Assembly: GCA_019653755.1 (NCBI GenBank) | Contig: BPCL01000005.1 | Span: forward strand, 4,071-68,070 | Direction of reading: 5' to 3' | From: Woeseia sp. | GTDB taxonomy: Bacteria > Pseudomonadota > Gammaproteobacteria > Steroidobacterales > UBA11654 | Length of the DNA stretch: 64,000 nucleotides | In this document: positions 54,305-63,789 of the stretch, one piece after another | Position numbering within the stretch: the first letter of the stretch is position 1 | How the letters are laid out: each line of letters begins with the position of its first letter | Notes under the pieces: generated by a model | Databases searched by the model: none | What the model was told of the DNA's origin: nothing | The model's input: the letters and a program-made list of their open reading frames with translations, nothing else | Translations under genes and position numbers: made by a program

Positions 54305-55597
54305 ATGACAGCAAAAATTGGGCCAATAAAATTAGCTGAAGGTATTTCTAGATTTAATGCCGTCACTTATTTATACGCCTGCATCATTTGTATAGGGATT
54401 CTTGCAGGATTAAATTTCATCCAACCCTACATCCTCAGTGTGGTTTTGGAAATACCAAGATCAGAGCAAGGAACCATTAGTGGAAGCCTTGCTTTTATGC
54501 AGGAAATTATTGCTATTCTTTCTGTCTCCTTCTTCGGAGTATTATCTGACCGTATTGGTCGCAGGCCAGTTATGGTTTTTGGAACCATGGTTGTTGCTAT
54601 AGGTTTCGCTTTATTTCCCTATGCCTCAAATATCAATGAACTGTTTATTTTTAGATCAGTTTTTGCAATAGGTGCGGCAGCACTATCCTCAGTGCTTGCC
54701 ATTATTGTAAATGATTACCCAACCGAAAAATCAAGGGGTAAATTTGTCAGTTTGCATTCTGTTCTAAATGCCCTAGGTGTAGCCATATTTGCAGCTTTTT
54801 TGGGTCGACTACCCACTGTTTTAACAAACCTTGGTTATGACCCTATTACAGCTGGACGATACACCATGTTGTTTGTTGCAGCTGTAGCATTTTTATCTGG
54901 GATTATCTTTGCAATTGGCCTGAAAGGAGGAACACCAGAAACTCTGGATGAAAAACCAACCTTTAAACATCTTGTTGCCACGGCAATAAGATCCATGAAA
55001 AACCTCAGAATCTCTTTGGCTTTTGCAGCCACACTCTTAGCTCGTGCTGATGTCTCTGTGAACGGTATCTTTATTTCCCTTTGGGCTGCAACCAGTGCGG
55101 TTGACCTTGGAATTACCACTGGCGAAGCGTTCAAACAAGTTGTGCCTGTGATTGTGGTTACCAACCTTCTAAGTATTGTTTGGGCCTTTATTTTTGGATC
55201 AATGATTGATCGAATTAACAGGGTGACAGCCATGGTGATTGCCATGGGACTTGGCGCAATAGCCTATGGATCAATAATTTTTGTAGACACGCCTCTAAAT
55301 TATTCTTATCTGCCGATTTTTATATTAATCTCTGCCAGTGCTATCGGCACGGTGATCGCCACAGGAAGTTTAATCGGTCAAGAAGCTCCCATAAGAGAAA
55401 GAGGTAGCGTTATTGGTGTGAGTGCATTCTTTGGTGCATGCGGCATACTTGTTGCCACTTCAGTCGGAGGAATATTATTTGATGCATTCGGTCCTAAGGG
55501 GCCGTTCCTACTGATATGCTCTACCCACGCGTTAATCTTCTTTGGTGCTGTATATGTAAGGATAAAATCGCCAGGGGATTACTATGGCTCAAGCTAA
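54305..55597 (+). CDS. MFS transporter
   Basis: 430 aa with about 12 TM spans. MFS loop motif GVLSDRIGRRPVM between TM2 and TM3. Confidence 0.75.
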   Translation: MTAKIGPIKLAEGISRFNAVTYLYACIICIGILAGLNFIQPYILSVVLEIPRSEQGTISGSLAFMQEIIAILSVSFFGVLSDRIGRRPVMVFGTMVVAIGFALFPYASNINELFIFRSVFAIGAAALSSVLAIIVNDYPTEKSRGKFVSLHSVLNALGVAIFAAFLGRLPTVLTNLGYDPITAGRYTMLFVAAVAFLSGIIFAIGLKGGTPETLDEKPTFKHLVATAIRSMKNLRISLAFAATLLARADVSVNGIFISLWAATSAVDLGITTGEAFKQVVPVIVVTNLLSIVWAFIFGSMIDRINRVTAMVIAMGLGAIAYGSIIFVDTPLNYSYLPIFILISASAIGTVIATGSLIGQEAPIRERGSVIGVSAFFGACGILVATSVGGILFDAFGPKGPFLLICSTHALIFFGAVYVRIKSPGDYYGSS

Positions 55598-56381
55598 TCC
55601 CATAAAGAAAAAATACTCTGAAACTTCAGGGGGACAATGTCATTATAGATATATGGAGGGTGACGGCATACCAGTCGTTTTCTTTCACCAAACACCCAGT
55701 TCCTCTCTGATGTATGAACCCATCATGCATGAACTCAAAGGCATGAATATGTTTGCAATAGATACACCAGGTTTTGGTCAGAGTTTTGATCCTAACCACA
55801 ATCCTTCTATTGGTGAATATTGCTGTTGGTTAACTGAGGTTATGAACGATATTGGATTAAAGGAATATCACCTTTTTGGACATCACACAGGAGCCTCAAT
55901 GGCTTTACAGATCGCCTATGATCAACCTCAAAGCACTAAATCCTTGACAATGGTGGGAGCGTTTCTGGCTACGCGTGAAGAAAAACAAGAAATGAAGAAG
56001 AATATTAGCTCTGATTGGAGTCCAAAAGATGATGGTTCTCATCTGCAGCAAGTCTGGCATCTTACTGGAGAAATACTAGGGGCAAAGACAGATCTAGATC
56101 TTCGGCATCGTGAAACAATCGATGCTCTTAGAGCGCATCATTCTGCAAAACAAATTCACGAAGCCATTTGGCAACACTCTGACATAGAGCTTTATGAACA
56201 AATAACTTGCGCCAGCTTGATAATGTGTGCCCCCGATGATGTTATGTTTCCATTCTTTGAAAGAGCCTCAACAATTAATCAAAAATCTATTTTAGAAGTC
56301 GTAGAAGGTAAAAATTTAGAATTGGACCTTGATACAAAATCGATTGCGAATTATTTTAAAGCCTTTATAAATCAAAAATAA
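55584..56381 (+). CDS. alpha/beta-hydrolase-fold protein, same subfamily as the 52532..54214 domains
   Basis: 265 aa. VVFFHQTPSSS..IDTPGFGQS..YHLFGHHTGASMALQIA..DDGSHLQQVWHL.. Its start overlaps the MFS gene end by 14 nt. Confidence 0.65.
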   Translation: MAQANPIKKKYSETSGGQCHYRYMEGDGIPVVFFHQTPSSSLMYEPIMHELKGMNMFAIDTPGFGQSFDPNHNPSIGEYCCWLTEVMNDIGLKEYHLFGHHTGASMALQIAYDQPQSTKSLTMVGAFLATREEKQEMKKNISSDWSPKDDGSHLQQVWHLTGEILGAKTDLDLRHRETIDALRAHHSAKQIHEAIWQHSDIELYEQITCASLIMCAPDDVMFPFFERASTINQKSILEVVEGKNLELDLDTKSIANYFKAFINQK

Positions 56382-56385
56382 AGAT

Positions 56386-56907
56386 TTGGATATGGCTATG
56401 GATAATCAGATTGCAACAAGACTCTCGTCAATTACCAGCTGGTTAGTGTTTATTGTTTTTATGGTTATTTTTATAAATATGTCTTTCACCCCAAGAGTCC
56501 CCACAGAGTCTTTGGAGCGAAAAGTTCTGACTAACTTTCATCTTGTGGTGGGCACATTGTTGTTTGTCTTCAGTTTTTTTAGAGTCTATCTATGGGTTTA
56601 CTCTCCTCCTCAAAACACACAAAGACTATTGCCTGACCATGAATACACACAAATGCATATCCTCCAATTTATGCTCTATGTGACTTTTATTGCTCAAGGT
56701 ATTTCTGGGATATTAGCCGCCTGGTCTGATGGGTTGATTCTTTTTCTCCCAGGAGCAGATACTGTTAATCATTTGCTTTGGACGACATCAGGTTATCTGC
56801 ATAGCGTTTTTGGTTTTTTTTACATCGCCCTTATTCTGTTCATTATTTTGTTTAGAATTTATCATTTGGTTCGTTACAGAGTATTCAGCATCAATATTTT
56901 TGCCTAA
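56386..56907 (+). CDS. four-helix membrane protein, cytochrome b561 (CybB)-like
   Basis: 173 aa with four TM helices, each carrying a His (NFHLVVG, QMHILQF, YLHSVFG, IYHLV), as expected for a di-haem b561. No closer evidence. Confidence 0.45.
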   Translation: MDMAMDNQIATRLSSITSWLVFIVFMVIFINMSFTPRVPTESLERKVLTNFHLVVGTLLFVFSFFRVYLWVYSPPQNTQRLLPDHEYTQMHILQFMLYVTFIAQGISGILAAWSDGLILFLPGADTVNHLLWTTSGYLHSVFGFFYIALILFIILFRIYHLVRYRVFSINIFA

Positions 56908-56912
56908 CTAAG

Positions 56913-57452
56913 ATGAGAAACTATTTTATAAATGCAAGAGGAAGGCACTGGTTACTGATCATTATCCTATTGGCAGTCTCAGCATATCTTCCGTATCTAA
57001 TCTTCGGGGCTTATCCAATCGCAAAACGAGTTAATCTTGAACAAGAACAAATTGAAGCCATTGTCGAGGAATTAGACCTTCCAAACTATTATGAACTCTA
57101 TGATTATGAATCGACAGAAGCAGAACAATTATTAGAAAAACAAGCTTTTGATGGTTGGGAGGGAGGTAAATGTCGATTCTGTCATGCTGTAAGGAAAGAT
57201 GACAGAGATAGGATGGCACCAAGTCTTTATAAAATTTTAGGTCGTCCTGCAGCGGTTTCTGAGAATTTCACATATTCAGATGTTCTGATCAACATGCGTG
57301 AAAACGGATTAGTCTGGACACCAGAAACAATCGATGCTTTCATATCAGATCCAGAGAACTTTGTTCCTGGAAACAGGATGCGTGTTGAAGGAATAAAAGA
57401 CGCAAAAACCAGGGAACTTATAATTAACTATTTAATTCGAGAATCTAAATAA
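56913..57452 (+). CDS. membrane-anchored class I c-type cytochrome
   Basis: N-terminal TM helix (WLLIIILLAVSAYLPYLIF). Haem site CRFCH in GGKCRFCHAV...APSLYKILGR, and Met in PGNRMRV (cytochrome c2-like). Confidence 0.7.
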   Translation: MRNYFINARGRHWLLIIILLAVSAYLPYLIFGAYPIAKRVNLEQEQIEAIVEELDLPNYYELYDYESTEAEQLLEKQAFDGWEGGKCRFCHAVRKDDRDRMAPSLYKILGRPAAVSENFTYSDVLINMRENGLVWTPETIDAFISDPENFVPGNRMRVEGIKDAKTRELIINYLIRESK

Positions 57453-57463
57453 GGGAGATTAAA

Positions 57464-58336
57464 ATGGGGATAAAATTTGAGACTGAAATTAATTTTCAAT
57501 CCAACACTTGGAATAGAGACGCCTGGGCAAGAATTCAGGCCGATATGGACTCTGAGAAAGAATCTATTTGCTACACCACTGGGCAAATTTTAGGAGTTAG
57601 GCCAGGAGAAGCTGTTAAAGAACTCTGTGGTTTTGAGACCTTCTTGTGCACCAGATTAATGCCAGCAGCTGAAGACGGAAGTATAAGGCGACTTAATAAA
57701 GAAGTTATTTTTTACACCGATTCTAGAACAGGACAAATGATAGATGAGTGGACCAATCCTTGGACAGATGAAGTAGTTAAAGTCGTTCATGTCGCTAATG
57801 ATCCCTTTAATTACACCATCTCTGAATGGCTGATTTTGGCACCAGAAGACTTTGGAGGAGGAGAAAAAGGTGAACCCAGAAAGATTCCTTTAATCTTCCC
57901 TTGGAAACGTGCTGGAGACATTATTACTCTAAACACTGATATGCATCTGTATTACCCCAATGCACTACAACCAGATAAATGGGTTAGAGAATCATCAGGA
58001 CCCATGGCGCAAGTCTCAGAAATGATGAGATATTTTGTATCGGCTAAGGATTTAGAAAATCCTGAACTTACCTCGGTGCCTTTTACTGGGACTTGGAACA
58101 GAATTACACCTTGGCTTCCATGGATGTTGATGGGTCAAACACCAGGACATTGTCTGTACATGAGCACAATGATTAAATCAGATAGTATTGATATTATTCC
58201 TCAACATGTCAGAGATTTCTCAGAAGAAAGATATCCTGGAATGCTCTCAGCTCCTACAGAAGATTATGGTCCAAGTATCTCAAGCCTTGAGTACTATTCA
58301 AGAGAACAAACGCCTGCGCCCCCTCTAGAAGATTAA
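57464..58336 (+). CDS. hypothetical soluble protein (possibly DUF1838-like)
   Basis: 290 aa with no signal peptide or catalytic motif I can name. The DUF1838 resemblance is from memory and unverified. Confidence 0.4.
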   Translation: MGIKFETEINFQSNTWNRDAWARIQADMDSEKESICYTTGQILGVRPGEAVKELCGFETFLCTRLMPAAEDGSIRRLNKEVIFYTDSRTGQMIDEWTNPWTDEVVKVVHVANDPFNYTISEWLILAPEDFGGGEKGEPRKIPLIFPWKRAGDIITLNTDMHLYYPNALQPDKWVRESSGPMAQVSEMMRYFVSAKDLENPELTSVPFTGTWNRITPWLPWMLMGQTPGHCLYMSTMIKSDSIDIIPQHVRDFSEERYPGMLSAPTEDYGPSISSLEYYSREQTPAPPLED

Positions 58337-58352
58337 GCAGGGCAGGATTAAA

Positions 58353-59012
58353 TTGAAATCGGTCGTTTTATTTGGATCGACAGGCAGAACTGGTATGGCT
58401 CTGTGTAGCCAGATTCGTGAAAAAGATTATGCCCTTTATGCAATAGCTAGATCCAACAAAAACAATTCAGAGCTAGAATCAATACAAGCAAAAATTATGC
58501 TTGCTGACGCCTTAGATAAGAAACAAGTAAGTGAGGTGTTATCAACAATAGATAATCAATCAATTGTGGTCAGCTTAGTTGGAGGCCAGAATGCTGAATT
58601 AGCAATTCGATCAGATTTTCCAGCAAATAAAAATATTATTGATGCCTGCAAAGAACTTGGCTTTTCTCGTTTCATATTTGTAACCTCTATAGGGGCAGGA
58701 GAAAGCAAACCGCAGCTACCCGAAATGCTAAAACCTTTTTTGGGGCCAGTGGCAGAAGAAAAAACAAAAGCAGAAAATGTTCTTAGATCTAGTAATCTCA
58801 AATACACCATAATAAGACCGGGACAATTAACCAATGACCCAGCAACAGGAAATGGAATATTAACTGAAGAGTGCATTCTGGGTACCATGACAAGACAGGA
58901 CTTAGCAAGCATGGTTATGAAAGCTATCGATGATGATGAAACTATTGGTAAAATCTACTCAACGCTAGATCAACATAAAGATCCTGATTTCAGTTGGGTG
59001 CAAAATAGGTAA
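58353..59012 (+). CDS. NAD(P)H-binding atypical SDR (NmrA / flavin-reductase-like)
   Basis: 219 aa. MKSVVLFGSTGRTGMAL (GxxGxxG at the extreme N-terminus), ..FIFVTSIGAG.., ..YTIIRPGQL... Confidence 0.7.
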   Translation: MKSVVLFGSTGRTGMALCSQIREKDYALYAIARSNKNNSELESIQAKIMLADALDKKQVSEVLSTIDNQSIVVSLVGGQNAELAIRSDFPANKNIIDACKELGFSRFIFVTSIGAGESKPQLPEMLKPFLGPVAEEKTKAENVLRSSNLKYTIIRPGQLTNDPATGNGILTEECILGTMTRQDLASMVMKAIDDDETIGKIYSTLDQHKDPDFSWVQNR

Positions 59013-59017
59013 TTGAT

Positions 59018-60367
59018 TTGGACACAGATTTAAAACAACAAGATGCATATCCCTCTAACTCTAGAGCCTGGTATGCTGTGGTTATCCTAACCATAGCTTA
59101 TGTCGTTTCATTTCTTGATCGACAATTATTGTCTCTAGTAGTCCAAGATGTCAAAGCTGACCTGGATCTTAGTGATACACAAGTCAGCCTTTTACTGGGC
59201 TTTGCTTTTGCCCTTTTTTATACCACCATGGGGATCCCAATAGGCCGCTTAGCAGATAAAAAAAGCAGGCGAGCTATTATCGGTGTTGGAATTACTTTTT
59301 GGTGTTTAATGACAGCCGCCTGTGGGCTAGCTAAAAATTATACTCAACTCTTTCTAGCTAGGGTTGGAGTTGGCGTTGGTGAAGCTACTTTAAGCCCAAG
59401 CAGCTTATCAATGATCAGCGATTACTTTCCAAAAGAAAAAAGAGGAAAGGCTATAGGATTCTTCAACATGGGTGTCTCAGTGGGATCTGGAATAGCACTA
59501 ATTGTGGGCGGTCAGATTGTTGCTTATGTGGCCAACTCACCACCATTGGTACTGCCCTTTTTTGGTGAAATTTTTGCTTGGCAAGCTCTGTTTTTATATG
59601 TGGGTCTTCCAGGACTAATTGTCGCTGCTCTAATGGTTACAGTCAGAGAACCTAAGAGAAAAGAAAAAATTAAAATTAAGACTGAGCTTGGAGAAGAAAC
59701 TGAAGAAGTTTCGATCAAAGAGACCCTAAACTTCCTGCTTCAAAGAAAACAAGCTTACGGATGGTTATTCCTCTCAATGGCTTGTTCAGTACTTATTGGC
59801 TATGCGTTCCTTTCATGGATGCCTGCAATGTATATGAGAACCTATAATATTGGCATTGATGTTATTTCTATATGGCTGGGTTCTGCATTTTTGATTGCTG
59901 GCCCGATAGGTGCAATTTCGACAGGTTGGCTGGGTGATTACCTCTTAAATAAATGCGACAAAGGAGCTCATCTTAAACTATTTGGTTACACCATGATTGT
60001 ACTAACTATTGCAGCGACTCTGGTGCCATTAATGCCGTCCTATCAAACAGCGACTTTGATGTTTGTTCCTCAGTGCCTGATGGCAGCTGGTCAGACAGCC
60101 CTAGCTCCCTTAGCAATAGTGAATATCACTCCAAACCAACTAAGAGGTCAAGTGGTTGCTATTTACTTTTTTGTAATTAGTATGACCGGCTATACTCTTG
60201 GTCCAACCAGTGTTGCCTTATTGACTGATTTTGTCTTCCAAGACGAAGCATTAATCACCTACTCTATATCTACAGTCTCCTTAGTAGTTGGGATAATAGG
60301 AGCCTACGCAGGGTTTAAGGGAGTGAAACACTATAGAGAATATTTATCTGAATCGGATGCAGATTAA
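59018..60367 (+). CDS. MFS transporter
   Basis: 449 aa with about 12 TM spans. Loop motif GRLADKKSRRAIIG, and a charged central loop KRKEKIKIKTE. Confidence 0.75.
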   Translation: MDTDLKQQDAYPSNSRAWYAVVILTIAYVVSFLDRQLLSLVVQDVKADLDLSDTQVSLLLGFAFALFYTTMGIPIGRLADKKSRRAIIGVGITFWCLMTAACGLAKNYTQLFLARVGVGVGEATLSPSSLSMISDYFPKEKRGKAIGFFNMGVSVGSGIALIVGGQIVAYVANSPPLVLPFFGEIFAWQALFLYVGLPGLIVAALMVTVREPKRKEKIKIKTELGEETEEVSIKETLNFLLQRKQAYGWLFLSMACSVLIGYAFLSWMPAMYMRTYNIGIDVISIWLGSAFLIAGPIGAISTGWLGDYLLNKCDKGAHLKLFGYTMIVLTIAATLVPLMPSYQTATLMFVPQCLMAAGQTALAPLAIVNITPNQLRGQVVAIYFFVISMTGYTLGPTSVALLTDFVFQDEALITYSISTVSLVVGIIGAYAGFKGVKHYREYLSESDAD

Positions 60368-61557
60368 GACACAATAGATTTTTCAAAAAGTGACTGTATT
60401 ACCTCATCACTAAACCCAAGCTCTTCTAGAATTTCTTTCGAATGTTCACCAACTTTTGGGACTTGTTGGTGCACATCAAAACGTCGTTCGTTCATTTCAA
60501 TTGGCATGGCAGGCAATTTCGTTGAGCCGCCATCTGGGATATCAATCTTCAGAAGCCCTCCTGATTCATTCAAATGAGGGTCATCAAAAAGATCTTCGGG
60601 TTTGTTGATTGGTGCAAATGGCAATCCGGTTTGATCCAGTTTCTCCATTAACTCCTTCTTTGTAAAAGTTTTAAAGAGTTCCTGCAGCTTGGGAATGATG
60701 ATGTCTCTTTTTTCCACTCTACCGCTATTAATATCCATATCTTTATCTTCAATGAAATCGACTAAACCAAAGGACTGACAAAAACTTTTCCATTGGCTGT
60801 CACTAACAACGCCAATAAATATTTGCTCTTGATTTTTTGCCTCAAATATATCGTAAACAGCCCAAGCTGACACCCTGACTGACATTGGTGGTGGAGCTTC
60901 ACCAGTGGTTGCTGTTTGAGCCATATGCTGTCCCATAAGATAAACAACATTCTCATAAAGTGAACTAGTTACTTTCTGACCTTTTTCAGTTTTTTGCCTT
61001 TCTTGTAGGGCCGCTAAAATTGCTATAACGCCAAACATACCTCCCATAATATCTATCACTGATGAGCCAGCTCTTAAGGGTTGACCTGGTGGTCCAGTCA
61101 TATAAGCAAGCCCTCCCATCATTTGAGCTACTTCATCTAATGCTGTTCGGTGCTGATAAGGTCCATTGAGAAAGCCTTTAGCTGAACAATAAATTAGTCG
61201 GGGATTAATTGCCTCTAGTTCTTTATGGCCAAATCCGAGTTTATCCATAGCTCCGGGCCTAAAATTTTCAATAAAAATATCGGCAGTTGATAACAAACTT
61301 AAAACTACTTCCCGACCCTCGGGGCTCTTAATATCTAAAGCAATGCTTCTCTTGTTTCGATTAAAAGTAAGAAAATAACCTGACCCTGATTTTTTTAATT
61401 TTCTTGTTTTATCCCCTGTTACCGGCTCTATCTTTATAACATCAGCGCCTAAATCACCCAGTATAGAGCCTACAGCAGGTCCCATGACCATGTGAGTCAT
61501 TTCTATCACTTTTATACCCGACAAAGGGCGTAATGAATCGTCCATAATCAAAGTCAC
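60364..61557 (-). CDS. family III CoA-transferase (CaiB/BaiF/Frc-like)
   Basis: 397 aa. PLSGIKVIEMTHMVMGPAVGSILGDLGADVIKIEP.., ..DIFIENFRPG.. Its stop overlaps the convergent MFS stop by 4 nt. Confidence 0.8.
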   Translation of the reverse strand: MTLIMDDSLRPLSGIKVIEMTHMVMGPAVGSILGDLGADVIKIEPVTGDKTRKLKKSGSGYFLTFNRNKRSIALDIKSPEGREVVLSLLSTADIFIENFRPGAMDKLGFGHKELEAINPRLIYCSAKGFLNGPYQHRTALDEVAQMMGGLAYMTGPPGQPLRAGSSVIDIMGGMFGVIAILAALQERQKTEKGQKVTSSLYENVVYLMGQHMAQTATTGEAPPPMSVRVSAWAVYDIFEAKNQEQIFIGVVSDSQWKSFCQSFGLVDFIEDKDMDINSGRVEKRDIIIPKLQELFKTFTKKELMEKLDQTGLPFAPINKPEDLFDDPHLNESGGLLKIDIPDGGSTKLPAMPIEMNERRFDVHQQVPKVGEHSKEILEELGFSDEVIQSLFEKSIVS

Positions 61558-61630
61558 ATAATTTAGGAAGAATATATTACTATTCTAATGGATATTATGT
61601 TTAGATATCACCCAAAATCATTCGAGTGTT

Positions 61631-61918
61631 ATGAGCAAACAAACTGAAATTGAATCAGCTATATTTAACAGGCTAATAAATCATCTAAAAAATGAACCTG
61701 AAATACAGAATATAGATCTGATGAACCTAGCTGGGTTTTGCAGAAACTGTTTAAGCAAATGGTACGTTGAAGAAGCCTCTGCTTTAGGGGAATCAATCAA
61801 TGAAGAAACTGCTAGAAAACTGATCTATGGGATGGATTATAGTGAATGGAAAACGAAATACCAAAAGCCTGCCAGTGAAGAGCAATTACAAGCTATGAAG
61901 GCTCGACAGAAAAAATGA
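61631..61918 (+). CDS. DUF1244-family small protein
   Basis: 95 aa. ..LMNLAGFCRNCLSKWY..IYGMDYSEWK.., as I remember for DUF1244. Confidence 0.55.
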   Translation: MSKQTEIESAIFNRLINHLKNEPEIQNIDLMNLAGFCRNCLSKWYVEEASALGESINEETARKLIYGMDYSEWKTKYQKPASEEQLQAMKARQKK

Positions 61919-63117
61919 ACGCTGAACCAAAGTTTGGTGTTGATAAAATTGTACTCATTTTAGGTCTGGTAATATACGGTACTGGATTTTCACTGTTATA
62001 TATTATTTTTGCACCATTATCTAGAAGCATTGGCCTTTCGACTACTCAATTTGGGATACTGATCGCTATCTCTAATGTTGCTCTCGTATTCTCTTCATAC
62101 TACTGGGGTAAAAGAAGCCAAATCATAGGAAGAAAAAGAGTGTTCATTATTGGTCTATTCTCATATGCTCTAGCCTATTCACTCTTTGCCTTTGGTATCC
62201 AGATTGGAATCTGGAAGCTTTTAGAGCCAATCTATCTTTTTATCTTACTGTTTATCATTAGACTAATTTATGGTGCCTTAATTGGTGGAATTCAGCCTTC
62301 TGCTGTCGCCTATATGTCAGATACCACCGAGGCTTCAGATCGAGCACAGGGGATGGCTCTAATTGGTATGGCCTCTGGAATTGGAACAATGATAGGACCC
62401 GTCATTGGTGGTGGTTTAGCCTTCATTCACCCGCTATTTCCAATGTATTTTGGTGCATTCATAGCCGTGGGCGGAGGTCTTCTTGCAATCAAATATCTAA
62501 AGCAAACTAATATAGAACCAGTTCAAGAAGCTCATGGCACACTAAAATTCTATGACAACAGAATCTCACCCTATCTTCTTGGATGGATGATAGCGTTCCT
62601 GGTCTTTACCGGTACACAAGTAATTGCAGCCTTCTTTATTGAAGATAAACTAGGCGTGGTAGGTCAGAGTGAAATAATCAAGGCAACCAGTATCTCATTG
62701 CTCTCTATGGCACTGATGACAACTTTTATGCAAGCAGTGGTGTTGCAAGTTATTAAACTAAAACCTGAAACGCTTCTAAGAATGTGCTTTCTAATTTTTG
62801 GTGCTGTTTTAACATCAATCAGTTTTGTAACTAATTTGACACAATTCTATCTTGCTTTTGGTGGGATTGGCATTGCCTTCAGTATGATTACACCAGGATT
62901 GAATTCAGCAGCTACCCTAAGCGTCAAACCTTCAGAACAAGGTGAAGTTGCTGGATTTTTAGCAGGAGCGCCTGTTGTTGGAATGATTTTTGGACCACCA
63001 ATTGGTGCCTTCTTATATAACGTCGATCCAACTTATCCGTTCTATTACGGAGGGCTGGTGGCAATTATTCTAGGTATCTATTTTCAGTTTATAAAAGTGA
63101 ATGAAGATACCAATTAA
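61915..63117 (+). CDS. MFS transporter
   Basis: 400 aa with about 12 TM spans. Loop motif WGKRSQIIGRKRVF. ATGA overlap with the upstream gene. Confidence 0.75.
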   Translation: MNAEPKFGVDKIVLILGLVIYGTGFSLLYIIFAPLSRSIGLSTTQFGILIAISNVALVFSSYYWGKRSQIIGRKRVFIIGLFSYALAYSLFAFGIQIGIWKLLEPIYLFILLFIIRLIYGALIGGIQPSAVAYMSDTTEASDRAQGMALIGMASGIGTMIGPVIGGGLAFIHPLFPMYFGAFIAVGGGLLAIKYLKQTNIEPVQEAHGTLKFYDNRISPYLLGWMIAFLVFTGTQVIAAFFIEDKLGVVGQSEIIKATSISLLSMALMTTFMQAVVLQVIKLKPETLLRMCFLIFGAVLTSISFVTNLTQFYLAFGGIGIAFSMITPGLNSAATLSVKPSEQGEVAGFLAGAPVVGMIFGPPIGAFLYNVDPTYPFYYGGLVAIILGIYFQFIKVNEDTN

Positions 63118-63681
63118 TCAGGTATGTTTTGCTTCGGTGAAACCATCAGAAGCCTGTTCAGATTTTTCATCTCGTCGCCAAATTTGTCTTGGTCCGTAAC
63201 CGTCTTTCCTTAAAAAATGTTCAGTGTAGACGATCCGCTCTGGATCCAATCGCATCAGCTGATATTGTGGCGGCTGTTCAAATCCAGTATTAATTTCAGC
63301 TGCTGATGCCTGCCATCTGAAAATGGTCATGCCGTATTCCCAATCAGGCGTTCCTGGATCTAATATCTCGGCGTTTCCAAATAATTGAGCACCCTGAGCA
63401 ACCACCCAGCCTGCCATCGGGTTTGCAACTGCAAAAGAAACCCTAGGATTACGCTGCATAGCCTTTAGTTTTGGGCTACCTGGCTGAGGTAAAATATAAA
63501 TGGTAAATTTGTCAGCATAAAACTCCAATGGGCTAACGATTGGTCCCTTTAGACCCAAAGTTCCCAACATGCCGAGATTGGTTAATGTTAAGGCTCGTTG
63601 AATTCTATGTTCCAACATGTCTCGTGGAAGTGGTTTAGTTGTCCAAGGTATTTGATCCAACCAAGGGTGTGCATTACTCAT
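63118..63681 (-). CDS. pyridoxamine 5'-phosphate oxidase-like split-barrel protein (FMN- or F420-binding)
   Basis: 187 aa. ..LGMLGTLGLKGPIVSPLEFY..KLKAMQRNPRVSFAVANP..AQGAQLFGNAEIL fits the PNPOx-like barrel pattern. Assignment is tentative. Confidence 0.45.
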   Translation of the reverse strand: MSNAHPWLDQIPWTTKPLPRDMLEHRIQRALTLTNLGMLGTLGLKGPIVSPLEFYADKFTIYILPQPGSPKLKAMQRNPRVSFAVANPMAGWVVAQGAQLFGNAEILDPGTPDWEYGMTIFRWQASAAEINTGFEQPPQYQLMRLDPERIVYTEHFLRKDGYGPRQIWRRDEKSEQASDGFTEAKHT

Positions 63682-63701
63682 GTTAATCTCCTAATTTAAT
63701 A

Positions 63702-63778
63702 TGGCGCGCCCGGAGGGATTCGAACCCCCGACCACCTGGTTCGAAGCCAGGTACTCTATCCAGCTGAGCTACAGGCGC
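63702..63778 (-). tRNA. tRNA-Arg, anticodon UCG
   Basis: The reverse complement GCGCCTGTAGCTCAGCTGGATAGAGTACCTGGCTTCGAACCAGGTGGTCGGGGGTTCGAATCCCTCCGGGCGCGCCA folds as a 77-nt cloverleaf. It has a 7-bp acceptor stem, D arm GCTC/GAGT, anticodon stem CCTGG/CCAGG with loop CTTCGAA, a TTCGAAT T-loop and an encoded CCA. Confidence 0.9.
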
Positions 63779-63789
63779 ACTTTTATCTA

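Noticed and set aside
48124-63778. Possible genomic island integrated at the 3' end of tRNA-Arg. The accessory catabolic/transport block ends right at the tRNA.
   Set aside because: There is no integrase, transposase or phage gene. I saw no direct repeat of the GC-rich tRNA 3' end elsewhere in the window, and no obvious compositional break by eye. Testing this properly would need a k-mer/GC scan and comparison with related genomes.
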